Shown here piece after piece: positions 39,845 through 48,949 of a DNA stretch of 64,000 nt. The translations under genes were made by a program, and so were the position numbers. The DNA is taken from NCBI GenBank assembly GCA_021731625.1, contig JAKFXC010000060.1, positions 794 to 64,793 of the forward strand, given 5' to 3'. Every line of letters begins with the position of its first letter. Position 1 is the stretch's first letter. This DNA is from Candidatus Omnitrophota bacterium (GTDB taxonomy: Bacteria > Omnitrophota > Gorgyraeia > Zapsychrales > Fredricksoniimonadaceae). The notes below the pieces were generated by a model. That model was not told the origin of the DNA. It saw nothing but the letters and a program-made list of their open reading frames with translations, and ran no database searches.

Positions 39845-40111
39845 ATGAACATAGAAAACATCTCATGGAATCCATTAAAAAACGAGCGCTTAAAGAAAAC
39901 GCGAGGCATTTCGTTTGAAGAAATTATTATCTCCAAATTGATCGATATACGTAAACATCTCAAAAAGGATACTCAGAGGATATTGATTTATAAATGTAGA
40001 GGTTATATTTGGGCCGTTCCGTTTGTCAAAATAGAGAGCGGGATATTTTTGAAAACCATCTATCCGAGTCGCAAATTTACAAAGATGTACAAAGAGGGAG
40101 GAATCTTATGA
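39845..40111 (+). CDS. brnT: BrnT-family toxin
   Basis: WNPLKNERLKKTRGISFEEI, VPFV, FLKTIYPSRK. Confidence 0.85.
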   Translation: MNIENISWNPLKNERLKKTRGISFEEIIISKLIDIRKHLKKDTQRILIYKCRGYIWAVPFVKIESGIFLKTIYPSRKFTKMYKEGGIL

Positions 40112-40356
40112 GAGTCATCAAATTAACAAGGGAAGAGCGTGAGATCGAAGAGAATATCGAAAAATTTGTCCCGGTGGATAAGAAAGAATTCGAAACCATC
40201 GTTCGAGCCTTGGAGGCCCGGAAGAAGGACGCCGTGTTAAATATTCGGGTCAGCAAGTATGACCTGGACAGCATAAAGCAAAAAGCAGCTCAGCTGGGAA
40301 TTCGATACCAGACGCTTATTTCTGAGATTTTGCACAGAGTAGCTCAGGCCTCATAA
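40108..40356 (+). CDS. brnA: BrnA/CopG-like antitoxin
   Basis: KDAVLNIRVS..DL..IK.KA...GIRYQTLI; ATGA overlap with the toxin gene. Confidence 0.83.
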   Translation: MRVIKLTREEREIEENIEKFVPVDKKEFETIVRALEARKKDAVLNIRVSKYDLDSIKQKAAQLGIRYQTLISEILHRVAQAS

Positions 40357-40390
40357 GCCAGTTGCGAAACTCGTCCAAATGAGGCAACCA
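40354..40390. other. att-like scar 1
   Basis: AGCCAGTTGCGAAACTCG+TCCAAATGAGGCAACCA; related copies at 46084 and 47946. Confidence 0.7.
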
Positions 40391-40476
40391 TACTAATCTC
40401 TTGATTTCCCCATCGAGAGATTATTCGGAAAAACACACTGCTTGACTAATGAATTTTTCAGTGTAAAACTATAATC

Positions 40477-40911
40477 ATGAAAAGGTTACATAAAAAGAAA
40501 ATCGGCGGATTTTTACCGATACCTCTTTTATTTGCAATCACTTTCTGTTGCTGCTTAGAGGAGAAAGTTTCTGCTGATGAAACCCGTTCAGATTTTTCCA
40601 TGGAACATCACCAAGAGTCCCATGAATTAGAGAAGTCTGATCAAGCCGAACACCAGGAGCATTCTCATGGGGATCAGGAATGTTCTTGCCCAAAGCATTT
40701 AAGTTTTCTTTTCTCACAATCATCCGCAGATATAATTTTTGATTCTACCGTCAGCCAAATGTTGGCCAAGAATTTTATGGTTGACTTTGGGTTTGATAAC
40801 ATTATTTTTCTTGCCTCATTATCAAATCACTCGCAGGGGCCACCCCTGTTAGATCATAGGGAGTACGTTTCTCTTCCCATCTATCTCAAAGTGTCCAACC
40901 TCCGTATTTAA
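40477..40911 (+). CDS. His/Cys-rich putative metal-binding exported protein
   Basis: CCC after the signal region, His-rich tract, CSC, C-terminal GPP..LRI. Confidence 0.65.
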   Translation: MKRLHKKKIGGFLPIPLLFAITFCCCLEEKVSADETRSDFSMEHHQESHELEKSDQAEHQEHSHGDQECSCPKHLSFLFSQSSADIIFDSTVSQMLAKNFMVDFGFDNIIFLASLSNHSQGPPLLDHREYVSLPIYLKVSNLRI

Positions 40912-41038
40912 TCAAATCTAAAAATTGACCTTAGATCTGAAAGGCCAAGAGTGTTTTCTTTTGGTCAAGGGAAGATTTAGGGGCCGGTATTTTTTGGTCA
41001 TTTAACTTAAACCATGTAACTAATCTAAGGAGAACAAA

Positions 41039-41407
41039 ATGACATCAAAATTAATCGCTTTAAGTTTAGCAGCTGTTTTGTCCTTGTCGTATTCCAATTA
41101 TGTCTTGGCTAATGAAGGTCAGGAACATCAAATGCCTGATGGAACTATGATGAAAAATAGCGATATGACTCAAGGCCAGATGAACCAAGAATCAACCAAA
41201 GCAGTCGACGTCGGCAATAAAATTTGTCCTGTCAGTGGTGAGAAAGTCCCTGCTCCCGGCGAAAAAAGCGAGATGGGTGAGGCTGTTAAATACATATACA
41301 ACGGCAAGATTTATAATCTTTGCTGCTTAATGTGCGTGAAGGATTTTAAGAAAAATCCTGAAAAATATAGTGCCATTGCCGAAAAGGAAATTAAAGAAGC
41401 CAAATAG
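41039..41407 (+). CDS. Exported YHS/TRASH-domain protein
   Basis: HQMPDGTMM, NKICPVSG, YNLCCLMC..F...PEKY. Confidence 0.82.
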   Translation: MTSKLIALSLAAVLSLSYSNYVLANEGQEHQMPDGTMMKNSDMTQGQMNQESTKAVDVGNKICPVSGEKVPAPGEKSEMGEAVKYIYNGKIYNLCCLMCVKDFKKNPEKYSAIAEKEIKEAK

Positions 41408-41421
41408 CATAGAGGTGATAT

Positions 41422-41772
41422 ATGGAAAACACATTTGTACAAATGTTATATCCGATACACCCTAAACTCGTGCATTTCCCCATAGCGTTGATTGTCAGTG
41501 CTATGGGGATGCAGGGGCTTGGCCGCTCATCAAGGAGGAAGAATGGTTTATGAATTGTCATCGTCACGGCGAACAAGATTACTAAATACGACAAGGGTTT
41601 AAATGTCGTTAGAGAAGTCGAGCAAAAGATGGACATGGAAGGTATGAAGAAGATGATGAAAGATTGTCCGATGATGGGTAAAGGCATAATGGAAAACATG
41701 GGTGAGGATGCTGAAACAACAGCAGATAAGGCAGAGCCTGCAAAAGAAGTCGATCACGCCAATCATCACTGA
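41422..41772 (+). pseudogene. Joined remnants: DUF2231-like N-terminus plus Met/His-rich C-terminal fragment
   Basis: HPKLVHFPIAL then TGA at 41551-41553; same frame continues ..MDMEGMKKMMKDCPMMG..DHANHH. Confidence 0.6.
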
Positions 41773-41788
41773 TCCGTAAAGAAGCATA

Positions 41789-41823
41789 GGGCGCAGGATA
41801 TTATCCTGCGCCCAGCATTTTTT
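41789..41823 (+). terminator. Intrinsic terminator-like hairpin
   Basis: GGGCGCAGGAT/ATCCTGCGCCC followed by a T run. Confidence 0.65.
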
Positions 41824-41839
41824 ATATTATGATGTGTAT

Positions 41840-42190
41840 ATGAAATTCTCCAAATTCGATAAAGAAATCTATATGGGCTTTTTGGCCATTACCGGAATTT
41901 TTCTATATTTGGTTTTACGTTTTTTATTAGGCGTTCCTGTAGGTCTGTCCAATTGGCCATTATTGATTACGTTGGCCTTAGGTGGCGTCCCATTGGTTTG
42001 GGACCTTTTGATCAAGCTTTCCAAGCGCTAATTCGGGTCCGATCTTGTCGCCGGGATTTCAATTATTACTTCGATTTGGTTAGGTGAATACCTGGCCGGG
42101 ACGTTAGTGGTACTGATGCTTTCCAAAGGGGAGGCTCTCGAAGGCTTTGCCGTACGACGCGCTTCTTCGGTATTGGCCGCATTTGACCCG
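41840..42190 (+). pseudogene. Truncated P1B-type heavy-metal ATPase N-terminus with internal stop
   Basis: [45 protein letters not shown], then breaks off. Confidence 0.7.
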
Positions 42191-42212
42191 CATTTGCTTA
42201 AAAGGAGCGTTT

Positions 42213-44492
42213 ATGGCCATTGATCCAATTTGTGGAATGACAGTTAAGGAAGATACTCCTTTTAAAGTAAAAAAGGAGGAGCAAGTTCATTATTTTTGTT
42301 CGGCTCATTGTAAGGATAAATTTTTGTCGACTACTCCGGTCAGTGAGAAGTCCAAATCAATGTCTTCAGCAAAGCTAATTTATACCTGCCCCATGCATCC
42401 TGAAATTAGGCAAGATCATCCCGGCGACTGTCCGAAATGCGGCATGCATTTGGAGCCGTTAAATCCAACCGGCGAAGAAAACGAAGATCAACAAGAAACT
42501 CGATCCTTGTCATTGAAATTTTGGGTTGGCTTTGCGTTTGCTGTCCCTCTCGTATTGCTCGTTGTGGGTGAAATGATCCCATCTTTTAATATCGATTCCG
42601 TTATTCCACACCGGCTCATTCCTTTTATTCAATTTATATTGGCAACCCCAATCGTCTTATGGGCGGGAGGCATGTTCTTTGTAAAAGGCTGGATGTCTTT
42701 GATTAACCGAAATCTGAACATGTTTACTTTAATTGCCCTTGGTGTTGGCGCAGCGTATGGTTATAGTACAATAGCAACTTTCTTCCCTCATATTTTTCCG
42801 GATTCATTGAAGAAAATGGAAAAAGTAGATTTGTATTTTGAAGCAGCGGCGGTTATCACGGTATTAATCATTTTGGGGCAGTTGTTGGAAGCACAAGCAC
42901 GAAGCCAAACGGGGAAAGCCATTAAAGCACTTCTTGGATTGGCCGCAAAGAATGCGCACCTTGTTCGGAATGGCGTAGAAGAGGACGTTGAGATTGGTTC
43001 TGTCCAAGAAGGCGATATCTTACGCGTCCGGCCGGGAGAAAAAATTCCATTAGACGGAATTATTATTGAAGGAAAGAGCAGTGTTGATGAATCCATGATA
43101 TCCGGGGAGCCTATGCCAGTCGAAAAAAATACTGGTGATCGTGTCATTGGCGCAACGGTTAACCAAACCGGCGCATTTATGATGAGGACAGAAAAAGTGG
43201 GGGCAGAAACATTGCTTTCTCAAATCGTTCACATGGTTGCCGAAGCTCAACGCAGTCGTGCACCTATTCAAAAATTGGCGGATACGATTTCCGGCTATTT
43301 TGTCCCCATTGTGGTTTTGATTTCCGTGGTAACGTTTATCATCTGGGCCAATTGGGGGCCGGAGCCGAGATTGGTGTATGCCATTGTCAATGCGATTGCC
43401 GTTTTGATTATCGCTTGTCCATGTGCGTTAGGGTTGGCCACGCCCATGTCCATCATGGTCGGTGTTGGCCGGGGCGCACAGGCAGGAATTTTGATTAAAA
43501 ATGCTGAAGCTATTGAGAAATCAGAGAAAATCACTCATCTTCTGACGGACAAGACTGGCACATTAACGGAAGGTAAGCCCAAAGTGACTGCCTATATTCC
43601 GAACGAAGGATGGAATGAACAATCATTGCTTGGTGTTGCAGCTTCGATTGAACAAAGTAGCGAACACCCTTTGGCAAGAGCGGTGATAGATTATGCTAAA
43701 GAAAAGAATGCAAAGATTGAATCTGTGCAGGATTTTGAGTCCGTTACGGGCGGTGGCATAAAGGGAAAGCTCAATGGACAGAGAATTATTCTAGGTAAAC
43801 AAAAATTTCTCGAAGATCAAAAGATCATCCTTCCCGAGAATCTAAAAAAAGAGTCTGTTCAATTGCAGGCAAAGGCGCAGACAGTTGTATGGGTTGCGTC
43901 AGAACAAAAGATTGCAGGCATCCTCGGCATTTCTGATCCTATTAAGAAGACCGCTCCTCAAGCGATTCAAGACCTTCATAACATGGGCATCAAAGTGATT
44001 ATGTTGACGGGAGATAATCGCAAGACGGCTGAAGCCATTGCTAGAGAATTGGGAATTGATGATGTTCGCGCTGAATTAGAGCCGAAAAGCAAACAAGAGA
44101 TCGTCAAACAGTTTAAAAGTCAAGGCGCCATTGTGATGATGGCAGGAGATGGTATTAACGATGCCCCTGCTTTGGCGCAAGCGGAAGTTGGGGTAGCGAT
44201 GGGGACAGGAACAGATGTGGCGATTGAAAGCGCCGGGATCACTTTAGTCAAAGGCGATCTCAATGGCATCGTAAAAGCACTTCGTCTAAGCCGGGCAGTG
44301 ATGAAAAATATCCGTCAGAATCTCTTCTTTGCTTTTATTTATAATATGCTGGGTGTGCCTATTGCTGCTGGAATTTTATATCCCTTCTTCGGGATACTAT
44401 TGAGTCCGGTTATTGCCGGTGCGGCGATGGCGTTTAGTTCGGTCAATGTTATTGGAAATTCTTTAAGATTACGTGGAGTAAAACTAAGCTAA
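42213..44492 (+). CDS. copA: Cu(I)/Ag(I)-translocating P1B ATPase with YHS and heavy-metal-binding domains
   Basis: [47 protein letters not shown]. Confidence 0.93.
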   Translation: MAIDPICGMTVKEDTPFKVKKEEQVHYFCSAHCKDKFLSTTPVSEKSKSMSSAKLIYTCPMHPEIRQDHPGDCPKCGMHLEPLNPTGEENEDQQETRSLSLKFWVGFAFAVPLVLLVVGEMIPSFNIDSVIPHRLIPFIQFILATPIVLWAGGMFFVKGWMSLINRNLNMFTLIALGVGAAYGYSTIATFFPHIFPDSLKKMEKVDLYFEAAAVITVLIILGQLLEAQARSQTGKAIKALLGLAAKNAHLVRNGVEEDVEIGSVQEGDILRVRPGEKIPLDGIIIEGKSSVDESMISGEPMPVEKNTGDRVIGATVNQTGAFMMRTEKVGAETLLSQIVHMVAEAQRSRAPIQKLADTISGYFVPIVVLISVVTFIIWANWGPEPRLVYAIVNAIAVLIIACPCALGLATPMSIMVGVGRGAQAGILIKNAEAIEKSEKITHLLTDKTGTLTEGKPKVTAYIPNEGWNEQSLLGVAASIEQSSEHPLARAVIDYAKEKNAKIESVQDFESVTGGGIKGKLNGQRIILGKQKFLEDQKIILPENLKKESVQLQAKAQTVVWVASEQKIAGILGISDPIKKTAPQAIQDLHNMGIKVIMLTGDNRKTAEAIARELGIDDVRAELEPKSKQEIVKQFKSQGAIVMMAGDGINDAPALAQAEVGVAMGTGTDVAIESAGITLVKGDLNGIVKALRLSRAVMKNIRQNLFFAFIYNMLGVPIAAGILYPFFGILLSPVIAGAAMAFSSVNVIGNSLRLRGVKLS

Positions 44493-44531
44493 TAGGGAAT
44501 CGGCCCGTTCCTTCATAAACAGGATTGACGT

Positions 44532-45047
44532 ATGCACCGCAATATAAAGATGCTTTTGACATGTTCTATTTTAATTCACGGAGGGATTAATTTACTTGCC
44601 CCTATTTACGCCATTTTCATTAAGAATATCGGCGGTACATTATTGGATGCTTCGGTCACGGTCGGATTTTACGCAGTCTTAAAAGGCATCCTTTATTTTG
44701 TTCTTAGAAATTTGAAAGAAAGTAAGTTCAGCCGAAAGCTTATGATTGCGTTTGGATATTTTATGTTTTTTATGGGTTATGTCATGTATATGTTCGCCTC
44801 CAATGTTTATCACGTTTTAGTCATTCAAGGCCTCTTGGCTTTTGGAGAGGTGGTGATCAATCCGTCGTGGAGTGCCGTTATTGCCAATGCCCTAACAAAA
44901 GGTAAGGAGCGGAGTATTTATTCCGACTTTTATGGCTACCGGTCTATTGCTGAAGGTGGAGCTGCCATTTTGGGAGGAATCCTAGCCACTCAATTAGGAT
45001 TTAACGTGTTGTTTGGTCTTATGGCTGGGTTTGCGTTGGGGGGCTAG
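44532..45047 (+). CDS. Half-size MFS-type membrane protein, possibly 3'-truncated
   Basis: About six hydrophobic segments with MFS-like spacing. Confidence 0.65.
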   Translation: MHRNIKMLLTCSILIHGGINLLAPIYAIFIKNIGGTLLDASVTVGFYAVLKGILYFVLRNLKESKFSRKLMIAFGYFMFFMGYVMYMFASNVYHVLVIQGLLAFGEVVINPSWSAVIANALTKGKERSIYSDFYGYRSIAEGGAAILGGILATQLGFNVLFGLMAGFALGG

Positions 45048-45242
45048 TATTCTGTCATTATTTTTAGAGAAATCTTAAGTAGGAAGGGGAGCCTGGGTTC
45101 CCCTGATGGGGAGCGAGACCGAACGCAGTGAGGCGAGCGACAGGTTCGAATCCTAGCGGGGCAATTCTGTTCAAATCGAACATAATGGACGTATTGACTA
45201 TTATGTCTAAATAGGGTATACTTGCGTAAGGAGGTGAGACGA

Positions 45243-45482
45243 ATGACAAAGACAACAGCTACAGAAATGAAAAATCATTTTGGCCAATATCTGGAAGGGG
45301 CTATCTCCGAACCGGTGATCATTGAAAAGTCAGGCCGTTCGGTTGTGGTCATGCTTTCCATTAAGGAGTATGAACGGCTTGTAGCCTTAGACGATGCTCA
45401 TTGGGCTCAGAAGGCTCTTAAGGCAGAGAAAGCGGGGTATATTGGACAGAAAGAATCCTCTAAATTTTTAAGGTCTAAATAG
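45243..45482 (+). CDS. Phd/YefM antitoxin
   Basis: TATEMKNHFGQYLE..EPVIIEKSGR..VVMLS..EYE; promoter TTGACT-N17-TATACT at 45194-45222. Confidence 0.9.
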   Translation: MTKTTATEMKNHFGQYLEGAISEPVIIEKSGRSVVVMLSIKEYERLVALDDAHWAQKALKAEKAGYIGQKESSKFLRSK

Positions 45483-45485
45483 CGC

Positions 45486-45752
45486 ATGCTTTCCCTTGAT
45501 CTTACTCATCAGGCCAAGGATTTCTTAGATCAACTAGATTCCAAGCGATTTCGTCAGGTTGTTAAAAAGATTTTCACTTTAATGGAAAATTCTCGGCCCC
45601 TGGATTCAAAGGCCCTGCAAGGACATCTATTCTGGCGTGCCGATATTGGAGAATATCGGATTATTTACCGTGTTGAAGAGAATTGTTTGAAAGTGGCGCT
45701 GGTAGACAAGCGCAATGACGACGAAGTTTATAAAAAATTAAGACGCATGTAA
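45486..45752 (+). CDS. RelE/ParE toxin
   Basis: SKALQG..WRADIGEYRIIY..KRNDDEVYK. Confidence 0.9.
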   Translation: MLSLDLTHQAKDFLDQLDSKRFRQVVKKIFTLMENSRPLDSKALQGHLFWRADIGEYRIIYRVEENCLKVALVDKRNDDEVYKKLRRM

Positions 45753-45771
45753 TCGAAAATAAGCCAACGTC

Positions 45772-46014
45772 ATGGTTTTTGAAATCCGCAGGGCTAAAAA
45801 TGGCTATATTCTAAAAGTCGTTAACACAGAAAATGTTGCGACTGAAGCAGAAGAAATTGTTTATCAGGAGAAATACGATGATGAGGTCGAATGTTTCGCT
45901 GAGTTTCTGAGATATTTGAACGATGAATACGGGCCATCCACTAGCCGTTATTCTGAAAAACGGATTCATATAAGCGTGTGCCCGGGGGATAAGTTTAATG
46001 AACCGGCTTCATAG
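45772..46014 (+). CDS. Small hypothetical protein
   Basis: 80-aa ORF, IRRAKNGYIL; function unknown. Confidence 0.6.
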   Translation: MVFEIRRAKNGYILKVVNTENVATEAEEIVYQEKYDDEVECFAEFLRYLNDEYGPSTSRYSEKRIHISVCPGDKFNEPAS

Positions 46015-46083
46015 CTGTCGCTTTGACTTTATGTGCCCCGCTCAGTGTTTTTGTTATTTTTCTAAAGGTCGAAATTCTGCATA

Positions 46084-46110
46084 AAGCCAGTTCGTCCAAA
46101 CGGGGAACCA
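46084..46110. other. att-like scar 2 (7-bp internal deletion)
   Basis: AAGCCAGTT-CGTCCAAACGGGGAACCA. Confidence 0.65.
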
Positions 46111-46282
46111 CTGACGGTCTGGAGCCCGAATGTTTAAATTCTCTCAGTTACTGATGTGTTTTCTTGTTATCAGTTCGGTTTTCTTGTCACTTGCCTTAAA
46201 AGGCATTTCCAGCTCCTTAAAATCGAGAGCAGCGTCACTATTACTCCTATTGCTATGAGGTTTAGTATTTGTCTTTTACTAT

Positions 46283-46510
46283 TTGATAGGAGAAGCAGAT
46301 TGGCAATATATGGGGACAGGCTGGGACCACTTCTATGAGCAGATATTTTATAGAATTGGTTTTGTAGCGGCAAGTGGTGCCAGTTTGGCAGTATTAGGAT
46401 ATTTGCTCAAAATTCGGCAAAATAAAAACAATATCGTTCTTGTGATTTCATCGATCGTTGTTACTTTATTTGCAATCCTCCTGCTATGGTTTAACGTCCG
46501 AAGCCCGTAG
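46283..46510 (+). CDS. Membrane protein fragment
   Basis: Two hydrophobic segments; weak start; may be a remnant. Confidence 0.35.
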   Translation: MIGEADWQYMGTGWDHFYEQIFYRIGFVAASGASLAVLGYLLKIRQNKNNIVLVISSIVVTLFAILLLWFNVRSP

Positions 46511-46576
46511 TTTACCTTAGGTGTAAAAACTCGCAACTGCTTATCAATATTATAGTTGTGTATTTTTTATGTCAAT

Positions 46577-46639
46577 TTGATATTTTACCGGGAATCCCGG
46601 TAAAATTAGCTTGATTTTTACCGGGATTCCCGGTAGAAT
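46577..46639 (+). promoter_or_regulatory. Duplicated promoter/operator with two 23-bp palindromes
   Basis: TTTTACCGGGAATCCCGGTAAAA 46583-46605 and TTTTACCGGGATTCCCGGTAGAA 46616-46638; TTGATT-N17-TAGAAT. Confidence 0.8.
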
Positions 46640-46645
46640 TTAACT

Positions 46646-47599
46646 ATGAAAATACACGTACCAAATAGCGCATTTCTTGGCAATTTAGATCCTTTTTTGA
46701 AAGGGTTTGATCCTACGGATCCCCATTCGCTGCATGTAACCTTAAATCCCAAGTGGACGTCAGTGCACCCCCTTGTGCTATCTATGATCGGTTCCCTTGG
46801 GTTAACTATTAAACCTGAAAATATCCATATTGATAAATTAGTGGCAAGATCAAGCCACTACTTGGTTAGAATGGGACTATATAAATTACTTAATATTTCT
46901 TGCGGTACAGTTATACAGGAGCATGCCCCTGAAGGAAGATTTATTCCACTTAAACAGGTTCGCACATCAGATGAGTTGGCCGAGTTCATTACTGAAATGA
47001 TACCGCTTCTTCATTCAGATCCTGAACAATCTAAAACAATTGGATACATAATTAGTGAACTTGGGAGAAATGTTCTTGAACATTCTGTATCAGAAAATGG
47101 GGCTATCCTGTGCGCCCAATTCTATGCCAAAAGCAATACCATTCGTATAGGAATAGCCGACACGGGCGTAGGCATAAAAAAAACCATTAACCGGTCTCAC
47201 AACGCCATAACGGATTTGGAGGCCATTCAACTGGCATTATGGCCGGGGATTACTGGTACAACCAGCGCTCCTGGAGGGACTGCACAAAATGCCGGCGCTG
47301 GTTTATTTTTTATTAAGTCCATAGCAAATTTAAATAAAGATTTTTTTGTTATATATAGCGGGAAGGGTTTTTATAAACTGTTAGCTAAAAAGAGTAAGAA
47401 AGTACGGCTTAATGCGGATCCTTTTGAAGATCAACATAGCAAATCGGATCAATTGCCATATTGGCAAGGAACGTTAGTCGGAATAGACATAAGCCTTGAT
47501 CAGACGACGGAATATTCCAAACTGTTGGATGCCATTAGAGACATTTACTATGCATTAAGAAAAACTAAGAAATCACATAAGAGAGCAAAATTCATATGA
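46646..47599 (+). CDS. GHKL/HATPase-domain protein (anti-sigma kinase-like)
   Basis: ELGRNVLEHS (N box), IADTGVGI (G1), NAGAGL (G2), GTLV. Confidence 0.82.
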   Translation: MKIHVPNSAFLGNLDPFLKGFDPTDPHSLHVTLNPKWTSVHPLVLSMIGSLGLTIKPENIHIDKLVARSSHYLVRMGLYKLLNISCGTVIQEHAPEGRFIPLKQVRTSDELAEFITEMIPLLHSDPEQSKTIGYIISELGRNVLEHSVSENGAILCAQFYAKSNTIRIGIADTGVGIKKTINRSHNAITDLEAIQLALWPGITGTTSAPGGTAQNAGAGLFFIKSIANLNKDFFVIYSGKGFYKLLAKKSKKVRLNADPFEDQHSKSDQLPYWQGTLVGIDISLDQTTEYSKLLDAIRDIYYALRKTKKSHKRAKFI

Positions 47600-47913
47600 G
47601 AGAGATCAACATTTACGAAAAGATCGGCAATAAGGATTTCGCCGAGAATAAAGATATTGGCAAAGACATTCGCCTAGAAGAGATCATGCCCGAATTAGAG
47701 AAAAACAATGTGGTTATCTTAAATTTCGATAAAATAGACCGGGCATCACAATCTTTTATTCATTCGCTCATCAGCGATCCAATCCGACAATACGGGGACA
47801 ATGTTTTAGACATAATGTTATTCAAAAACTGTAATGATAGAGTTAAGGAAATGATTAAGATCGTTTTAGGTTATTTGCAGGATGCCATTGACAATAAGGA
47901 TGGCTTGTCGTAG
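47596..47913 (+). CDS. STAS-like (DUF4325-type) protein
   Basis: VILNFDKI..ASQSFIHSLI; ATGA overlap with the ATPase gene. Confidence 0.78.
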   Translation: MREINIYEKIGNKDFAENKDIGKDIRLEEIMPELEKNNVVILNFDKIDRASQSFIHSLISDPIRQYGDNVLDIMLFKNCNDRVKEMIKIVLGYLQDAIDNKDGLS

Positions 47914-47945
47914 TTCATAAGATGCCTATAAGAGGTTCAGTCTTT

Positions 47946-47981
47946 AGCCAGCTGTGAAACTCGTCCCAGACGGGACATCCA
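47946..47981. other. att-like scar 3
   Basis: AGCCAGCTGTGAAACTCG+TCCCAGACGGGACATCCA. Confidence 0.65.
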
Positions 47982-48001
47982 AAATAAGGTGCGAATTGCG
48001 C

Positions 48002-48547
48002 ATGAACCCCATAATACGCAGCGTAAGTATAGGCGCGTTGATGCTCATACTGTATTTTTATGAAGCTCAAATCCTTCACAGTGCGGATTTTGCCGATACC
48101 ATTCGCCGCGAGGCCCAAAAAATGTCTGAGGCTATGCGGAAAGGCGATTTTAACACCCTCATAGATTACGCTCTGCCAAAGGTCGTTCATATGGTCGGGA
48201 AAGATAAAGCCCTCGCACAAATGAGGCAGATGGACGCACAGATGAAGAAAGAGGGGTTCTTTTACGATTCTGCGACGATCGGCACGCCCGGCCAAGTCAG
48301 CGACATCAACGGAAAACTTTACGTCCTTATTCCAGAGACGGTCAAAATCAAGGCTCCCGGGGGCATGATCACAAAAGAAAGCCATTTGATGGCCATATCC
48401 GAGGACAAGGGAAAGCGCTGGTATTTTGTAGATACCGCCGGATTGGTGAATGAAGAAGTCTTCAAGGACACTCTCCCCGACGTCGTGGGAAGAATCGAAA
48501 TCCCAACACCCAAGCAGACAACTTTTACTCCCGACCCAAAGAAGTAA
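48002..48547 (+). CDS. Hypothetical exported protein
   Basis: Signal peptide; AISEDKGKRWYFVD. Confidence 0.7.
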   Translation: MNPIIRSVSIGALMLILYFYEAQILHSADFADTIRREAQKMSEAMRKGDFNTLIDYALPKVVHMVGKDKALAQMRQMDAQMKKEGFFYDSATIGTPGQVSDINGKLYVLIPETVKIKAPGGMITKESHLMAISEDKGKRWYFVDTAGLVNEEVFKDTLPDVVGRIEIPTPKQTTFTPDPKK

Positions 48548-48674
48548 TCAAAGAGCGCCGCAGGCATTTTCCGGAATACAACTAAATAGGATATAAGCAG
48601 TTACAGAATGATATAAAAAGAAACAAAAATCACTACTCAGTCTAGTACATTATGATATATAATGATACATAGTT

Positions 48675-48854
48675 ATGAGTAAGTTATTGCGCAAATTAGA
48701 GGACTATAGATTGGAAAATAAGATATCTCAGAGTAAACTTGCTGAGATGCTTGGGGTTACGTTTGTCACCGTCAACCGCTGGTTTAATAAAAAATTTGAG
48801 CCCAACCAGATCCAACGCCACCACATCAAGAAGCTGATCAAAAGCGAATCCTAG
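48675..48854 (+). CDS. XRE/Cro-type HTH regulator (59 aa)
   Basis: Manual translation MSKLLRKLEDYRLENKISQSKLAEMLGVTFVTVNRWFN.. Confidence 0.82.
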   Translation: MSKLLRKLEDYRLENKISQSKLAEMLGVTFVTVNRWFNKKFEPNQIQRHHIKKLIKSES

Positions 48855-48894
48855 CAAGCCCTCATAAGCCAAATCCCTGGACTCAAAAATAAAC

Positions 48895-48949
48895 TTGACA
48901 TGTCGACCTTCTCATGGTACCTTTGACAGCAAGAGGTTGATATGTCAAC
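48895..48949 (+). promoter_or_regulatory. Promoter with two related palindromes (candidate MarR boxes)
   Basis: TTGACA-N17-TACCTT; TTGACATGTCGA 48895-48906 and GTTGATATGTCAAC 48936-48949; operon contains a marR-family gene. Confidence 0.55.

Larger units (their letters stand above)
39728..45166. mobile_element. Integrase-less genomic island bounded by a 25-bp direct repeat of the tRNA-Gln 3' end
   Basis: AGGTTCGAATCCTAGCGGGGCAATT at 39728-39752 and 45142-45166; AT-richer cargo. Confidence 0.85.

Noticed and set aside
47915-48385. 156-aa minus-strand ORF as a recombinase
   Set aside because: Mostly antisense to the exported-protein gene; only the DEFHSWL tail is meaningful and no catalytic domain is visible.
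39753-48900. Prophage or classical integron
   Set aside because: No structural, replication or integrase genes, and I found no convincing attC-type RYYYAAC/GTTRRRY hairpins.
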